A stretch of 64,000 nucleotides of DNA from Malacoraja senta (taxonomy: Eukaryota), in contig CM075991.1 of the NCBI GenBank assembly GCA_038087875.1, positions 12,154,001 through 12,218,000 on the forward strand, given 5' to 3'. The translations under genes and the position numbers were made by a program. The notes beneath the pieces were generated by a model that saw only the letters and a list, made by a program, of their open reading frames with translations, had not been told where the DNA came from and did not search any database. Shown one piece after another: positions 1-13,800 of the stretch; position 1 is the first letter of the stretch, and each line of letters begins with the position of its first letter.

Positions 1-814
1 TTAAGGTAGACAAAAATACTGGGTGAGGCATTTATTTCCTTAGCTCCATAGATGCTGCCTCGCCCGCTGTGTTTCTCCAGCAAATTTGTCTACCTTCGAT
101 TTTCCAGCATCTGCAGTTCCTTCTTAAACACCTGGAATTTTAACATGGGGTTTCTGCAGTATTTTCCCTTAGTTTTGATGATCAAATCAAATCTAACGTA
201 GGTGCAGAGTTCTCCCAGGGCCCTGCTGCATTAAAAAAATGACCAAACGTGCGTTCACCTCGCTGCTGATTGTAGGAGCTTGCTGTGTACAAATTAGTTG
301 GCAGTGTGTCAAATAGTTTATGATTTATCCTCACCAGGACATAAAGCTTCAAAATAATTAATTGCTACTTCGTGGGGCAGAAAGAAGAGGAGTGGTCTTG
401 AGACTATGAAATGCACCAGATAAATGTCTCTTTCTATTATTCATTTGTATGATTCGGTTTTGGACTTGCAGCTGTCTCATTCCAATAGTTTTTTTTTTAA
501 GTTTGGACCTACATTGTATTCTGCAGATGAGCTGAGGAGAATTATTAATAAAGGCTTTAGCCAATAATATTAATATTCCAAAGGCCAACGAGAAAAAAAA
601 TGTTTTAACACCGCTGATACCGTGTTAGCAAATACATTTTGTATTTCAACATGCATTTTGATTTAACAATGAATCTGACAAAATGCAGTTATTGCAATTA
701 TTGTGCGTAAACTATTGCCTTTGATTATGGATATGTTCAGAACAGATACATGATGTTACCGGGGTAATGTGGAGATCTGTGGGATGAGCTCATATTAACC
801 TCAGTTCTAAATTA

Positions 815-1128
815 ACTTTAGTTTTAGTTGAATTTAGAGATACAGCATGGAAACAAGACCTTGGACCCATCCAGTCCACACCAACCCATACACTCGTTCC
901 ATGTAATCCCAGTTTTGCATCCTACACACTAGGTGCCATTTACAGAAGCCAATTAACCTACAAAACTGTACGCTTTTGCAATGTGGGAGGAAACCGGAGC
1001 ACCCGGAGAAAACCCACGTGGTCACAGGGAGAACGTACAAACTCCGTACAGACAGAACCTATAGTCAGGATCGAACCCGGGTCCTTGACGCGGTAAAGCA
1101 GCAACTCTACTGCTGCTCCACTGTGCCC
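815..1128 (-). mobile_element. HE1-like V-SINE (tRNA-derived head)
   Basis: B-box GGGTTCGATCC, V-domain GGAGTTTGTACGTTCTCCC...GGTGCTCCGGTTTTCCTCCCAC, CR1/HER1-type tail. Confidence 0.8.
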
Positions 1129-1687
1129 TATCTCGTAACAAAAAAAATCAAGCACTATAAAACAATCAGACTTTGTACAGGTCATCTTCACGTTACAAAC
1201 GTCTGACTTGTGGATACCCTTACAAACAAATGGGCTCCCATAATATCATTACATTCAAAAGTTCGACACACACATACATTTGTTTCTATAAACAGCAGAA
1301 TTTACTCTTTTTTAAATGTCTTATGCGCTTTTGATGCTGTTTATTGCTGTGGAGGTATGGTTATCATATTAAGTGACCCTTGTTTATTTTTCAACTTATG
1401 AACAAAATGGAGTTATAGATGTCTGGAATCAGTTTTCTATCCAGGTCGGCTTGCAAATGCACTCTTTAAAAAAAGTCTAACCTACCTTCTCTTCCGAACA
1501 GCAAAGAATTAAAAAACATGCTACCAATTTATCTTAACCATTAAACAGAATATGCTGAAAATGTTCCACAGGTTGAGACAGCACTTGCAGAGAGAAAACC
1601 AGTTACCGTTTCAGACCAACAACCTCCCATCAGAACCCTTCATATTTTACAGTGCCTACTTCAGTACCATCCAATATAGCTACTTAC

Positions 1688-1865
1688 CATCAAATATAGG
1701 TTGGCTGTACTGGGTGGCGGACGCGTGAAGTTTACAAGACTTGTCAAATCTATTCCCGTAATTCCCCATGCTGACCTCAAAGTGGATTGGCTCCTTAGAT
1801 TCTTGCAGCTGTGTGGCCGAGTAGAAAACAACGCAGAGACTGTACCTCCGCCTGTGTAAGTACTT
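1688..1865 (-). CDS. FER1L5: ferlin exon 19
   Basis: KYLHRRRYSLCVVFYSATQLQESKEPIHFEVSMGNYGNRFDKSCKLHASATQYSQPIFD. Confidence 0.93.
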
Positions 1866-4800
1866 CTGCAGCCATACAATGGAAACATAGACATTCCTCG
1901 CAGCTCAGAATACAAAATAACATTTCAATATTGAAACATAGAAAAATAGTTGCAGGAGTCGGCCATTCAGCCTCTGGAGCCAGCACCGCCATTCAATATG
2001 ATCATGGCTGATCATCCACAATCAGTACCCCATTCCTACTTTTTCCCCATATCCCTTGATTCCTTTAGCCCTAAAAGCTAAATCTAACTCTCTCTTGAAA
2101 ACATCCAGTGAATTGGCCACCACTGCCTTCTGTGGCAGAGAATTCTACAGATTCACAACTCTCTGCGTGAAGAAGTTTTTCCCTCATCTCGATCCTAAAT
2201 GGCCCTTATTCTTAAACAGTGACCCCTAGTTCTGAACTTCCCCCAACATCGGAAACATTTTTCCTGCACCTAGCCTGTCCAATCCTTTAAGAATTTTATA
2301 TTAAGAATTCTAAACTTTTCAGAAGAGATTGACAAAACCGAAATCTGACCCCACATCAGGAGAAGGCTTGCTGAAAGGATGACAGAAAGGTTGTCAGAAA
2401 GATTTAACAATAGAACTGACGAAGGAACTACAACCTGGAATATTAACTCTATTTTTATTTCTGCCTGACCTGCTGAGTGTGTGTGGCCTTTTCTGTTTTT
2501 GAGGTTGGAATCTCAGGCAGCCATGGTAGAGCAATGCAACAAAATCCTACACAAGGCCAGAACGGCACCAATGCAAAGTCAGGAGGTGGCTATAGAAGTA
2601 GGAAAGAGCAAGGATACAAAGAAGCTCAAAAGCAGAGGTGAGAATTTTAAGCTCAAAGTATGGCTCGATTCAAAAGCAATGCAAGTCAGTGAACACAAGG
2701 GAATGAGACTTGATGCGAGCTGAACAACAGATAGTTATTCTCGCTTCGGTTGATGGAGGCTGGAAGAGGACAGTTGGTTGGAAGACCATTGGAAATTAGT
2801 GCAGATATCAGATCAGGGATTGATCAGCAGATGGGTTGAGATGATTTACATTGCTTTATCAATGAGATCCAACTGTTTAGCACACCTCTCTCTAAACAAT
2901 ATGATTATAATCCTATTAAAAATAAAATCTTAACTTTAACTCATGAAACATTAAAGTTAGATTTTGCTCTTATTCTACATTCCTCCAATGGAGCCACTGG
3001 CAAAGTAGGTGGTTCAATTTAATCTAGTATCAATTTGCATTTAAATCACAGAAGTACAAGAAAGGTTCACTCATTCTAGTAAAGCACAATTCCAGATATT
3101 GAGAATCAAGATGTTGAGCAAGAAGAGCCTACTGTGTTAATACCTGTACTATCAAGGAATCTTCACTAGGTAGATCAACAATGTTATTTCCTGAAAGTTC
3201 CCCCATTTTGGTTATTAATTCTATCAAGATTCGACCACGGTAATAGACTCCTTCCATCTGAAAGAGAAAGCGAGCATTTTAACTGGAACATCCAGACTTA
3301 TTTTCGCTCGATGGATTTCGATTTATTATTGTCAGTACCAAGGTATGGTAAAAAGCTTTGTTTTTCATGTTATCTAACAAAATCAGATAATGCTATACAC
3401 AAATACAAACTAGCCAAACTCAAATACAATACGTAGAGCAAAGGGAAAGGTATGGAGTGCAGAATATAGTTTTCAGCATTGTTGCGCATCAGTTCCAGAG
3501 ACAACGTTTTAATGTTCGCAGATCACACCTAGAGCATGGACTGGACTCTGGACTAAGTAGTTCTTTAAAAGGAATACAATAAGCACATCTTTTCAACTCT
3601 TTTTGAACATTACCAGCTTCCTCTGCAGTGAGTCTTGAAACATTGCTCAATAAATAGTCAGGTACCTTTCCAAGATTTAACTCATCATCCTTATCCGCAC
3701 CATCAAGACCTTCCCTGGGACTGCCATAAATATTCAAAAAACATGGTCCAAAATGTGGAAGGAATCCGCCTGCGTCATCATCTGTTGGAATGAAAACCAT
3801 TATGCATCATGGCCAAGAAATCAATAGTCAGACTTAAATCGGTTCAGGATGGAGACCTGACTTAAACAATGAGTAGGGATGCAAACTGAAGCTGAAATGT
3901 GGATAAAAGGCTGCTACCATAACATTCACAGTAGAGTTCAGAAGATTTATTTTTATGACAATTTGGCATCATGTTCGGCACAGACATTGTGGGAAGGGTT
4001 CATGTCTGTGCTGTATTGTTATGTATCCTATTTGTCTGCGATGCCATCTTTACGCAAATTAGTTGCCACACATCCCATGGAGATTGCACTTTAAAAGTAC
4101 TTCGCTGAGTAGCAAGTGACAGGACAAGTGATAAAAGACATCCTGACGTGGTGAATGGTCCTTATACAAGTACATGCTTTCCAAATCTTGTACAAGATTC
4201 CTTCTGGAACTGTGGTACATTTTTATAGTCAGAGGATAAGTACTGTGCAAACTGTTGCCCTGAGAGTCAATTGGTGCTTCTGGACCACTGGATCCTTGTT
4301 TGGGAATGTGGGCATAAGCCGGAATCAGAGACAAAGAAAAAAGCAGATTCAAGATGCCTCCCCCTAAAATAATATCCAGGACTATAGTTTTACCTTCTTG
4401 TCCCATTGATGAAATCTTTGAGATATTCAAGTGTGTTGTTCCTAAAGGTTTATTTTTGATTGCACTCTTCCTAAAAAGTTGAAACATTTAAATTGTAACA
4501 ATATGCAGCCCAGAATAAATCCATCCATTGTATATTTATTAAAAAATGTCTGCAGTCCATCTGACCTTCCATACTCCCTAATCAGGAAGCAATGCCTTTT
4601 ATTAATCTATTTATTTATTATTTATTAATCTATAGATTTATTAATCTATTTAAGGATGGACTTCAGTCCCAACAGTGTAAATGAAATAGAGCAACATTCA
4701 CCTACCGATCATAAACCGTGAACCAGATATTATCACTCAGTGATGGAAACTATAGTGGGGGAAAATGTGGAAAGGTTATCATCATTATGCATATTTTACC

Positions 4801-7800
4801 CCAGCATTGTCTGCAGCCCCAAGCTAATGGAAACTGAACGGCAACACTATACCCATTGCCTGCAGAGCCAATCAGCCAACACTCCCCACCCACTGACTTG
4901 ACCCGCTGAGTCTGGCCGCCTGTTGAAGAGGCTTCTGTGCCATTCCACATCACACCATCCGGAGGAAGCTTAAAGCTCTTTACCTTAAACCTGTATCAAC
5001 CCTACACACACTGGAAGAACTAAAGCAGTGACTCACTGGACTGTATCAAACATGCTCTCTTCCTTGGCCCCTCCACCCAGCGACATTAGTTTATATTAAA
5101 AGTTGTATGTTCCAACCTTACCCTGCTCCTCAGGTAAATCACCTGGTTCCATTCAGGATTTATCTGGTTCTCTACCACTTTTGTTTCCACCTGTGAAGAG
5201 GATAAAGGTTTAAATATCTTGAGCAGGTTCTTGATTAGGAAGGACGTCAAAGGTTACAGGGAAAAGGCAGGAGAATGGGGTTGAGAGGAAAAAATAGATC
5301 AGCCATGACTTGATGGGCTAAATGGCCTAATTCTGCTCCTATATTGTATGGTCTTTCTGCTCATGATCTTTGTGATACTCAAGATAGAAGAAGTGTCCCA
5401 ATGGAAAACATCTTCCATCAATTCACTCCATAGATGCTGCTGAGTAACCGCTGAGTTCCTCCAGTACTTTTTGTTTTCTTTTAGTACCTTTTCTACCTTT
5501 AAAGATGGCACATAAAGGCAAACTGTTCTACTCCAGACATCTCTGGTCACAATGGGTCAACAACTCAAAACATAACTCCTTTAATTGCTGCACCCCCAGT
5601 GGTTAAGTCTTTACGTACTGGGGATGCAGCAAGTCATGGCTGATATATTGCGGTGGGCGGCGCGACTCTCGTCAGCAGCGGCCTCTGCAGTCCGTCTGTC
5701 TTTTTATTATTTTTGTCTCGTTTCCATGTAGTTTTTATTTTATTTTTTTGTCGGGGTATGTGTGTAGGGGTGGGGAGGGGGACTTTAAAATCTTTCCCCT
5801 GCACGGGAGACCCGACCTTTTCTTTGTCGGGTCTCCGTTGTCGTTGGGGCTGGGCAACGTGGAGTTGCGGGGTTGAAGAGCACCTGGAGCGGGGCTTTAC
5901 ATCACCGCCCCGCACGGTTTGGAGTGGCCGCGGGACTTTGCGAGCGCACGCCGGGGCTCTAACATCAAGACCCGGTGCGCGACCTTGCATCACCCGGCGT
6001 GGCTTTAATGGCCGCGGGACAATCACCATCGCCCGCCGGGGGCTTTGACTTTGACATCGGGGGGGGGAGTGCAGTGGAGAAATACGTTTTTTTTGCCTTC
6101 CATCACAGCGCAAATTGTGTTGTGTCTCGGGTCTTCTTCATTTTGTAATGTATGGCTGCAGAAACGACATTTCGTTTGGACCTCAACGGGGTCCAAATGA
6201 CAAATAAATTGTATTGTATTGTATACTAATAAGAGGGGTGAAGATACATTTATTTTACATATTCCAATATTCTTAACCATGTTCCTCTGGAATAAATTTC
6301 CTTCTCAAGGGAATGGATTCCTCTGTCCTCATCTACAATATGTTAAAGATAACCAGAGTGTATCAGAAAGGGGTACAGCAAACAAGCAAAAGAATGCCCC
6401 AGCAGAGTCAGAGTAAGAGAAAATCTATATAATTAAAAGTCTAAACTTGACCACTTCCTGTTTCCACTGTATATTGATTTTAGAAAAAACGTGACCACTT
6501 ACGACTGTGATATTTGGCCACCTTACTCAGAGTCCCCCTCCAGCTGTCAGGGCCAGAGGATTTTTCCCATCGATGAAAAATAAAAGACTTATTAATGTTT
6601 AAAAAATGTTGAGATTCTCTCTCCTGTCAATCACGCCATGAAGGCCACGCCCCTTCCAGTGGGAGAGAGGAGGGGCTATAAAACCCGGAAGTGTGGGCAT
6701 GGCTCAGTCTCTGCAAGATGGGGGAGGGAGAGGGTCACGACTCTGTCTGAGCTGGAAATCTACAGAACACTGAGAATACTGATCTGTGAGTGGTCTTTAT
6801 GTGTATTTAAACTGTGCCTTTTGCAACTGTGTGGCTATTGAAATGTGTGCCTTTTGCAACTGTGTGCCTTTTGCAACTGTAAAAAAAGACAAAAATGTCT
6901 AAAATTGATTGTCTACCCTTCCCCTTCTCTCTCACAGTTTCTCACCTGTTTTTGGCAGAATTTCTGGCAGTTTCTGAGCTGCCTGCTGGGCTTGAGTTAC
7001 TGAGCTGCCAGGCCTAAGTGACTGAGCTGCCAGCCCAAGAATCCATTCGGCCCACAATGTCCATACTAGCCCTTTGGAAACCAGTCCCTTCAGCCCACAA
7101 CACCCATGCTAGCACTCCAGAAAGCCCCTCCACCCCACACTGGCCAGCAATCTTGGAATTGGTGGAGAGGTGGAATATTGTGTTGGGGGACCAGCCCTCC
7201 CATGTGAAGCTGGGACCCAACGGGTCCTGCTTAGTCTAGTGATGAGATAAAATTAAAGGCTCCTCATGCAAATACCTCATTCAGAGGTTTTTGACATTTA
7301 GGTAAAACAAGTTTTAAGGCAAATGAGGCGTGGTGGTTCTATTAATAGTGGTGTAATCACAGTGGTGAGATTAATATTAGCGCAAGTTGCAAAAACAACT
7401 TGGGTGGATATAGGAAATAGCAAAGAATAAGAAGTCACTGGTGGGGTATAGAGTCATACTGTACCACATGACAATAAACTAAACTACAACACAAAAGCAA
7501 GCCTTTAGGCCCACCAGAGCCATGCCAATCTTTTGTGCCACCTACATCAACTTTCCAACTGCAGGACCCTGACAGAAATATCCATGCAACCAGCTGTAGG
7601 GTCAAAACACAAGTCTGATCTGTCTTATGATTCAGATAACAATACATAAACTCGCTGTAGTATTAGATAAGCCAACAAGAAAAGGTTATCGGTTGCTTAC
7701 CTTATTTCCAGCAAAGTTGACTTCAAGAAATGAGTCAACACCACCCTTCCTGTAAGTATCCACTCCAAACTTGTGCTTCAAGTTTGTCATAAGCCCCTTT

Positions 7801-10800
7801 GTTACTGAAAATAGAAATGCGTTTGTAGGGAAATAAAGCACTGAAACAGACCCTTTGGCCCTTCGAGGCCACACTGAGACTCAGTCACCTATTTACACTG
7901 ATCCTATTTTAGCTGCATTTTTTAGATCTGGGAGGACACCAGTGGAAATCCAAGCAAACATAAGAAGAATATATAAACTCCAGCCGAGGTCAGTATCAAA
8001 CCCAGGTCTCCGGTGCTTTGAGGCAGCAGCTTATACTGGCTGTACTGCTTAGAGTAATAGAGTGATACAGCATGGCAAAAGGCCCTTCTCCCAACTTGCC
8101 CACACCGGCCAATATGTCCCAGCTACACTAGTCCCACCTGTCTGCGCTTGGTCCATTACCCTCTAAACCAATCCTATCCATGTACTGGTCTAAATGTTTC
8201 TTAAATGTTGGGATAGTCCCTGCCTCAACTACTTCCTCTGGCAACTTATTCCATACACCCACCTCCCTTTGTGTAAAAAAGTTACCCCTCAGATTCCAAT
8301 TAAATCTTTTCCCTATTCCTATTAAACCTTAAACCTATGTACTCTGGTACTCGATTCACCTACTCTGGGCAAGAGACTCTGTGCATCTACCCAATCTATT
8401 CCTCTCATGATTTTATGCGCTTCTAAAAGATTACCCCTCATCCTCTGCGTTCCAAGGAGTAGAGTCCCAACCTATTCAACCTCTCCAACCTCTCCCTATA
8501 ACTTGCATGCTTTCTCTCTCTACCTTCCCTCACTAACATATCAACCAGACAAGTTCATCAACGTTATGCTCATGGCATCGAGCTATCAGAAATATTATCC
8601 ATGTCCCTCTCCATCACACCCACCCTTTCTACAAATTGTTTTCTCTCTTTACCAACCTCTGAGGAAGTAACTTTAACCTGAATAATTAACTGTTTCTCTT
8701 TCCACAGATAATATTTTTATTTTTAATTTCCAGCATCTGCAATTTTTGTTTTAAATTTTCATCCCAAACCCCCTCTGATCACAACATTTACAGAATTTAA
8801 ATGCAAAAAAAGTTTTACTGACTCATGAGATGGACTAGTGAGTGGGAGATTGGAACCTTCACGTGGACCGCCCTGTTTCGATGAATGCAATCAACCTAGC
8901 GTGCACAATCAAATAAGATCAAATAGAACAAGTTGTCCTACAACTTTAGGCTGTGCATGCCATACGCAAGGAGAAGAGGATGGACTAGTAGCAAGCATGG
9001 ACAACTAGCAGTCTCCTTCATACCTCTCGCCATTTACTTACCTTAATTTATATTGTAAATGGCATTTTCTTTGGCAATCAGCACCAATCCTTTATCCCTA
9101 CCTTTCCAATCTTTTTTATCTTTAATGGTATTAAAACCTTTCCCAATGGTTTCTTCAAGCAAGGCCAACACAGTCAATGCTAGGACTGCACACACCCGCC
9201 CGTTCTATGGGCGGGGGGGGTGGGGGGTTGGTTACTTCTGTGGTTTATGATGCCACGCAATGAGAAAGCTCATCATCAGCTGGCTCATTGTCCTTGCCTG
9301 AGGAAGTAAAGAAACTGGCTCATTCCTGCTCATGGCTGTTCTGCAGGGAATCTTACTGGAAGGTACAATGTGCCTGGTGAGGGCAGATCTAATCGACCCA
9401 TTGTCACCGGCATAAAACCTGCACCACTCAAAGTGCAGGAGGGCTGCAAGTAGAGGTGACCCCCCTCTCTACACCTGCCCTTGCTACCAATCCCACCAAA
9501 TGTTAATGCCAATAGAACGAACTACGTATGAAAGCATTGTTAGGCCTGGGGAAAGAGGATTTCCAATGGGTGTTATGGAATGGTGGGAGCACATGAAGGA
9601 AAAGGGACCATAGTCAATCTGGGTGTCCATAGTCTGTGGACACCAAATCAGTACTTGCACAAAATTAACTCCAATATGTGACATACTTTGTGAAATGTCC
9701 TCAGCTTTGTAGATCTTAAGAATGAATGTGACCCATCGAGAGAGAACACCAGTTGGCTGCAGCAGATTACTCTCCACGTCATCCTCTTCATTTGTCCCTT
9801 TCTTGTCTAGCTGGTGCAACAAACAGATTTCAATTAGAAAACAAAATACATTCACGCTTCTTTTAAATTCAGCAAAGACAATGGGAAACATGGAATTAAT
9901 CCAGCTCTTGTTGTGGTTTATTGTAATGTAATATTTAACGTAATGGTTTATCGTAATGTAATAGTTCCCCTTCTCTCCGCTACCACTGCCTGAGCAGCTC
10001 AGCAACTCAGTATTCACGAGCCTTGTTCAGGTTCTTCCTTTCTTTCTCTCTTTCTCTGTTTTTTTGTGTTTTTTTTCCTTTTCAAAAACTTTATTCGACA
10101 CAATCATATGATACAACACATCAATACATAATCAAAAGATACATTATATCAAAACAAATCATTATAGTACAACAGTACATTCATTATTTACGATACTCTC
10201 AACCCCACGTGGTGACCACGGCCCACGGAAGGCCTCCAGAGTCCCCGTGGACACCGCATGTTCCCGCTCCAGGGACACCCGTGCACGGACGTACGCCCGG
10301 AAGAGGGGCAGGCAGCCAACTCTAGCCTCACCGTCGACCGCCCGCTGCCTGGACCCGCGAATGGCCATCTTGGCCAGGCCCAGGAGCAAACCGACAGGGA
10401 GGTCCCACCCCCCCACTTGGCTCTCCCCACACCCTGCCTTATGCCCAAACACTAGAATCGTGGGACTAAAATGCAACCAGAACTTAAGGAACAACCCCTT
10501 CAGATATTGGTACAGGGGCAGTAGCCTCGCACACTCCATGTACACGTGGAACACGGTCTCTTCCTCGCCACAGAAAATACACACGGCGGACGAGCCCGTG
10601 AACCTACTCAAAAGTTTATTGCAAACCACCGCTCCGTGCAACAGTCTCCACCCCAGGTCCCCAATGTAATGGGGGACAACTCCCTTATAGAAGGACCCCC
10701 ACCGGGGACCTCCCCCGCCTTCAGGTGGTAACACCGTCCGCCAAGGTGTGTCAGGACGGGAAACGAAGGCAAGGAGGTGCAGAATGTGCAGGAACATCCG

Positions 10801-13800
10801 ATACAGTGTGCGTCTCTTCGCATCACAAAACGGTATGCTGATCATCTCAGAAAGGCGACTCAGGTTGTGTGGAGCCGGTGCCCGAGAAATATCCCGGAGC
10901 CTAGGCCCGATGAGCAGATCTGACTGAGCGGGTGAAAGCTCAGCCAGAACCACTCTAGGCGCGCGCCTCTCCTCGACACCCGCCATGACTGGGCGAGGAC
11001 CGGCCACTCCCGCAGCCGCAACATCCCCCTCCCCTCGTGGAGCAACAAGCTGGCTGAAAACAGCCAAATTCCTCACTCTGAGCACATCCCGGTAGAAAAC
11101 AGGCAAACCCCTTAGGGCGGGTCGACTGATGCCCGCCACCGGGAGCCGCGAGACCTCCCTAGGCAACGACCCCGACGGAAAAAGTACGTGGCCAGAGCGT
11201 GCCATCTGGGGGGGTTCTCTACATACATATACCTCCGCAGAGTCCTGAGAAGGAGAGCCGCCACCTGGGTACGCACGCATACCAAGGACTGACCGCCCTC
11301 CTCTAACGGGAGACTCAGGACTGCTGCAGAGACCCAGTGCTTCCTATTTCCCCAGAAGAAATCTACCAGCTTCTTCTGTAGAGCATTTACAAATATGGAA
11401 GGTGGGACAAGAGTAGCCAGCCGGTACCATAACATGGAGGCCACCAGCTGATTTATGACCATCACCCTCCCCTGAAAGGAAAGAACTCCAAGCAGGCCCG
11501 ACCAGCGCCCCAGCCGGGCAACCACTTTCGTCTCCAACTCCTGCCAGTTCGCCGGCCAAGCATCCTCAGTGGGGCTCAGGTAAACCCCCAGATAGAGGAG
11601 ATGTGTGGTGCTCCACACATACCTTGCCATCTCCTCCGGCAGGGAATCCACCTGCCACTGACCCACTATAAGATCAGAGCACTTACTCCAGTTAATCCTG
11701 GCAGAAGTTGCAGCTGAGAAAATCTCCTGACAGTCACGCATCCTCCGCAGGTCACCAGGATCAGTGAACATAAGGAGTACATCATCTGCATATGCCAAAA
11801 GAACCACCTCCACCCCCGGGCCAGGTAGGGCCAGGCCTGTCAACCTCCTCCGAAGAAGACACAGGAACGGCTCCACACAGACCGAGTACAACTGACCCGA
11901 CATGGGGCACCCCTGACGGACCCCCCTCCCAAAATGAAAGGGAGCCAACAACGCACCATTAACCTTCACAAGGCACTCCGCTGCAGCGTACAAAAGCCGG
12001 ACACGGGCCACAAAATGCGAGCCAAATCCAAACGCTTGCAACGTCCCGAATCGGTAATCATGCTCTACCCTATCAAAAGCCTTCTCCTGATCAAGAGACA
12101 GAAAAGCAGCTGACTGACCAGTACCCTGAGCTAGATGAATCAGGTCCCTAACCAGGTGGATGTTATCCTGAATGCACCGACCAGGGACTGTGTAGGACTG
12201 GTCAGGATGAATCATTTGAGACAGCACAGAGCCCAGGCGATTTGCCAGTGCCCGTGCAAAAACTTTATACTCTGTACATAGGAGAGAGACCGGCCTCCAG
12301 TTCTTCAACAAGCGGAGTTCGCCCTTCTTGGGCAGCAAGACAACAACTGCCCTGCGCCATGAGAGGGGCATCTCCCCGGCCGCCAGACTCTCCCCCAGAA
12401 CCAACATGTAATCACCCCCCAGGATATCCCAGAAAGCTCTGACAAACTCTACCGTCAACCTATCCAGCCCGGGGGACTTACCCTTCCTGAGCTGATACAA
12501 TGCACGAGTCAATTCCTCCAAAGATAAGGGGCCATCAAGAAGATCGGCCACCTCCCTATCAACAGTCGGTAGACCCTCCCACAAGTCCTGCTGAGCCTCC
12601 CCGTTGAATCCACCTGCGGAGAACAGGGACCCATAAAAGGACCTGACCACCGCACTGATCCTCTCCGGATCAGTGACAGAGGAGCCATCATCTGCGAGCA
12701 GCTCTACGAGCTGTTTGCGGGCTCCCCGCCCTTTCTCCAGAGAGAAAAAGAAAGGCAAAGCTCGGTCCAGATCTTGCATCATCTGGACCCGCAACCTCAC
12801 GAAAGCACCTCGGGACCGCTCAAGCAGCAGGTTCCTCAAGGCTTCCTTCTTCTCCTGAAACTCTCCCCATTCACAGGAGTCATCACCAACCCGACCCAGG
12901 CGAGACTCTGCACCCAGTAGCTCCCTCTCAAGCCTCTCGACCGCTGAGTCCCGCCGTCCGGTCGACCCCCACGTATACTCCTTACAAAAGAGACGAATGT
13001 GAGCCTTCCCCACATCCCACCACTGCCTAAGGGAAGAGAAGCACCTCTGCCTCTCTCTCCACTTCACCCAAAACCGACTGAATGACTCCCGGAAACACCG
13101 ATCCTCCAGCAGCCGGTTGTTAAAGTGCCAGTACGCGGACCCAGCCCGAGTGCGCGCCGGATTAAAGTCCACACGCACCAGACAGTGGTCCGAACACGGC
13201 ACCAACCGCATTGAGGCCGCTGAGACACGGGAAACAAACGCTCGGGAAATGTATATTCGATCAATACGGGAACCATCTCCCTCAGACCTCCGCGAAAAAG
13301 CAGTGGAATCCGGGTGGAGGTTCCGCCACGCATCAACCAGCTCAAAGGAGTCAATCAAACCTCTCAGCTTCTTCCACTACAGCAGGGGCACACTGAGTAC
13401 CAGAACGGTCTCGTGCCTCAAGTGTGCAATTAAAATCCCCACCAAGGAAGACACACTCTCCCCTATCAATAGTGCTCAACAGAGCAGTCACCTCCTGAAT
13501 TAGGCCGGCCTGCATCGTACCGGAGCTAGGGGCATACACGTTAATGAAATGCAACGGCATGAAATCCAGGCTCACGGCCAGATGGAGCAAACGACCTGGC
13601 ACAACTTCTTGCACTTTTAGAATATTTAGCAGGAAATTCTGGGCCAACAGAAAGGCCACCCCACTCGAATTCGAGCTGAGATTGCTCATGTAGACCCCCC
13701 CTTCCCACTCCAGTCTCCATGTAGGTTCATCACTAACAACTGTATGCGTCTCCTGCAGAAAACACACTGCAAATCTCCCCTCTTTAAGGACTGATAAAAG

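Noticed and set aside
1060..1128. tRNA-like sequence with a B box
   Set aside because: It is the head of an HE1-like SINE; no complete cloverleaf.
1..1687. Search for ferlin exon 20
   Set aside because: No YYYLPW-type exon found; it presumably lies beyond the left edge.
9913..9963. 20-bp direct repeat near the Tx1 3' end considered as its TSD
   Set aside because: Both copies lie on the same side of the element; a local tandem duplication.
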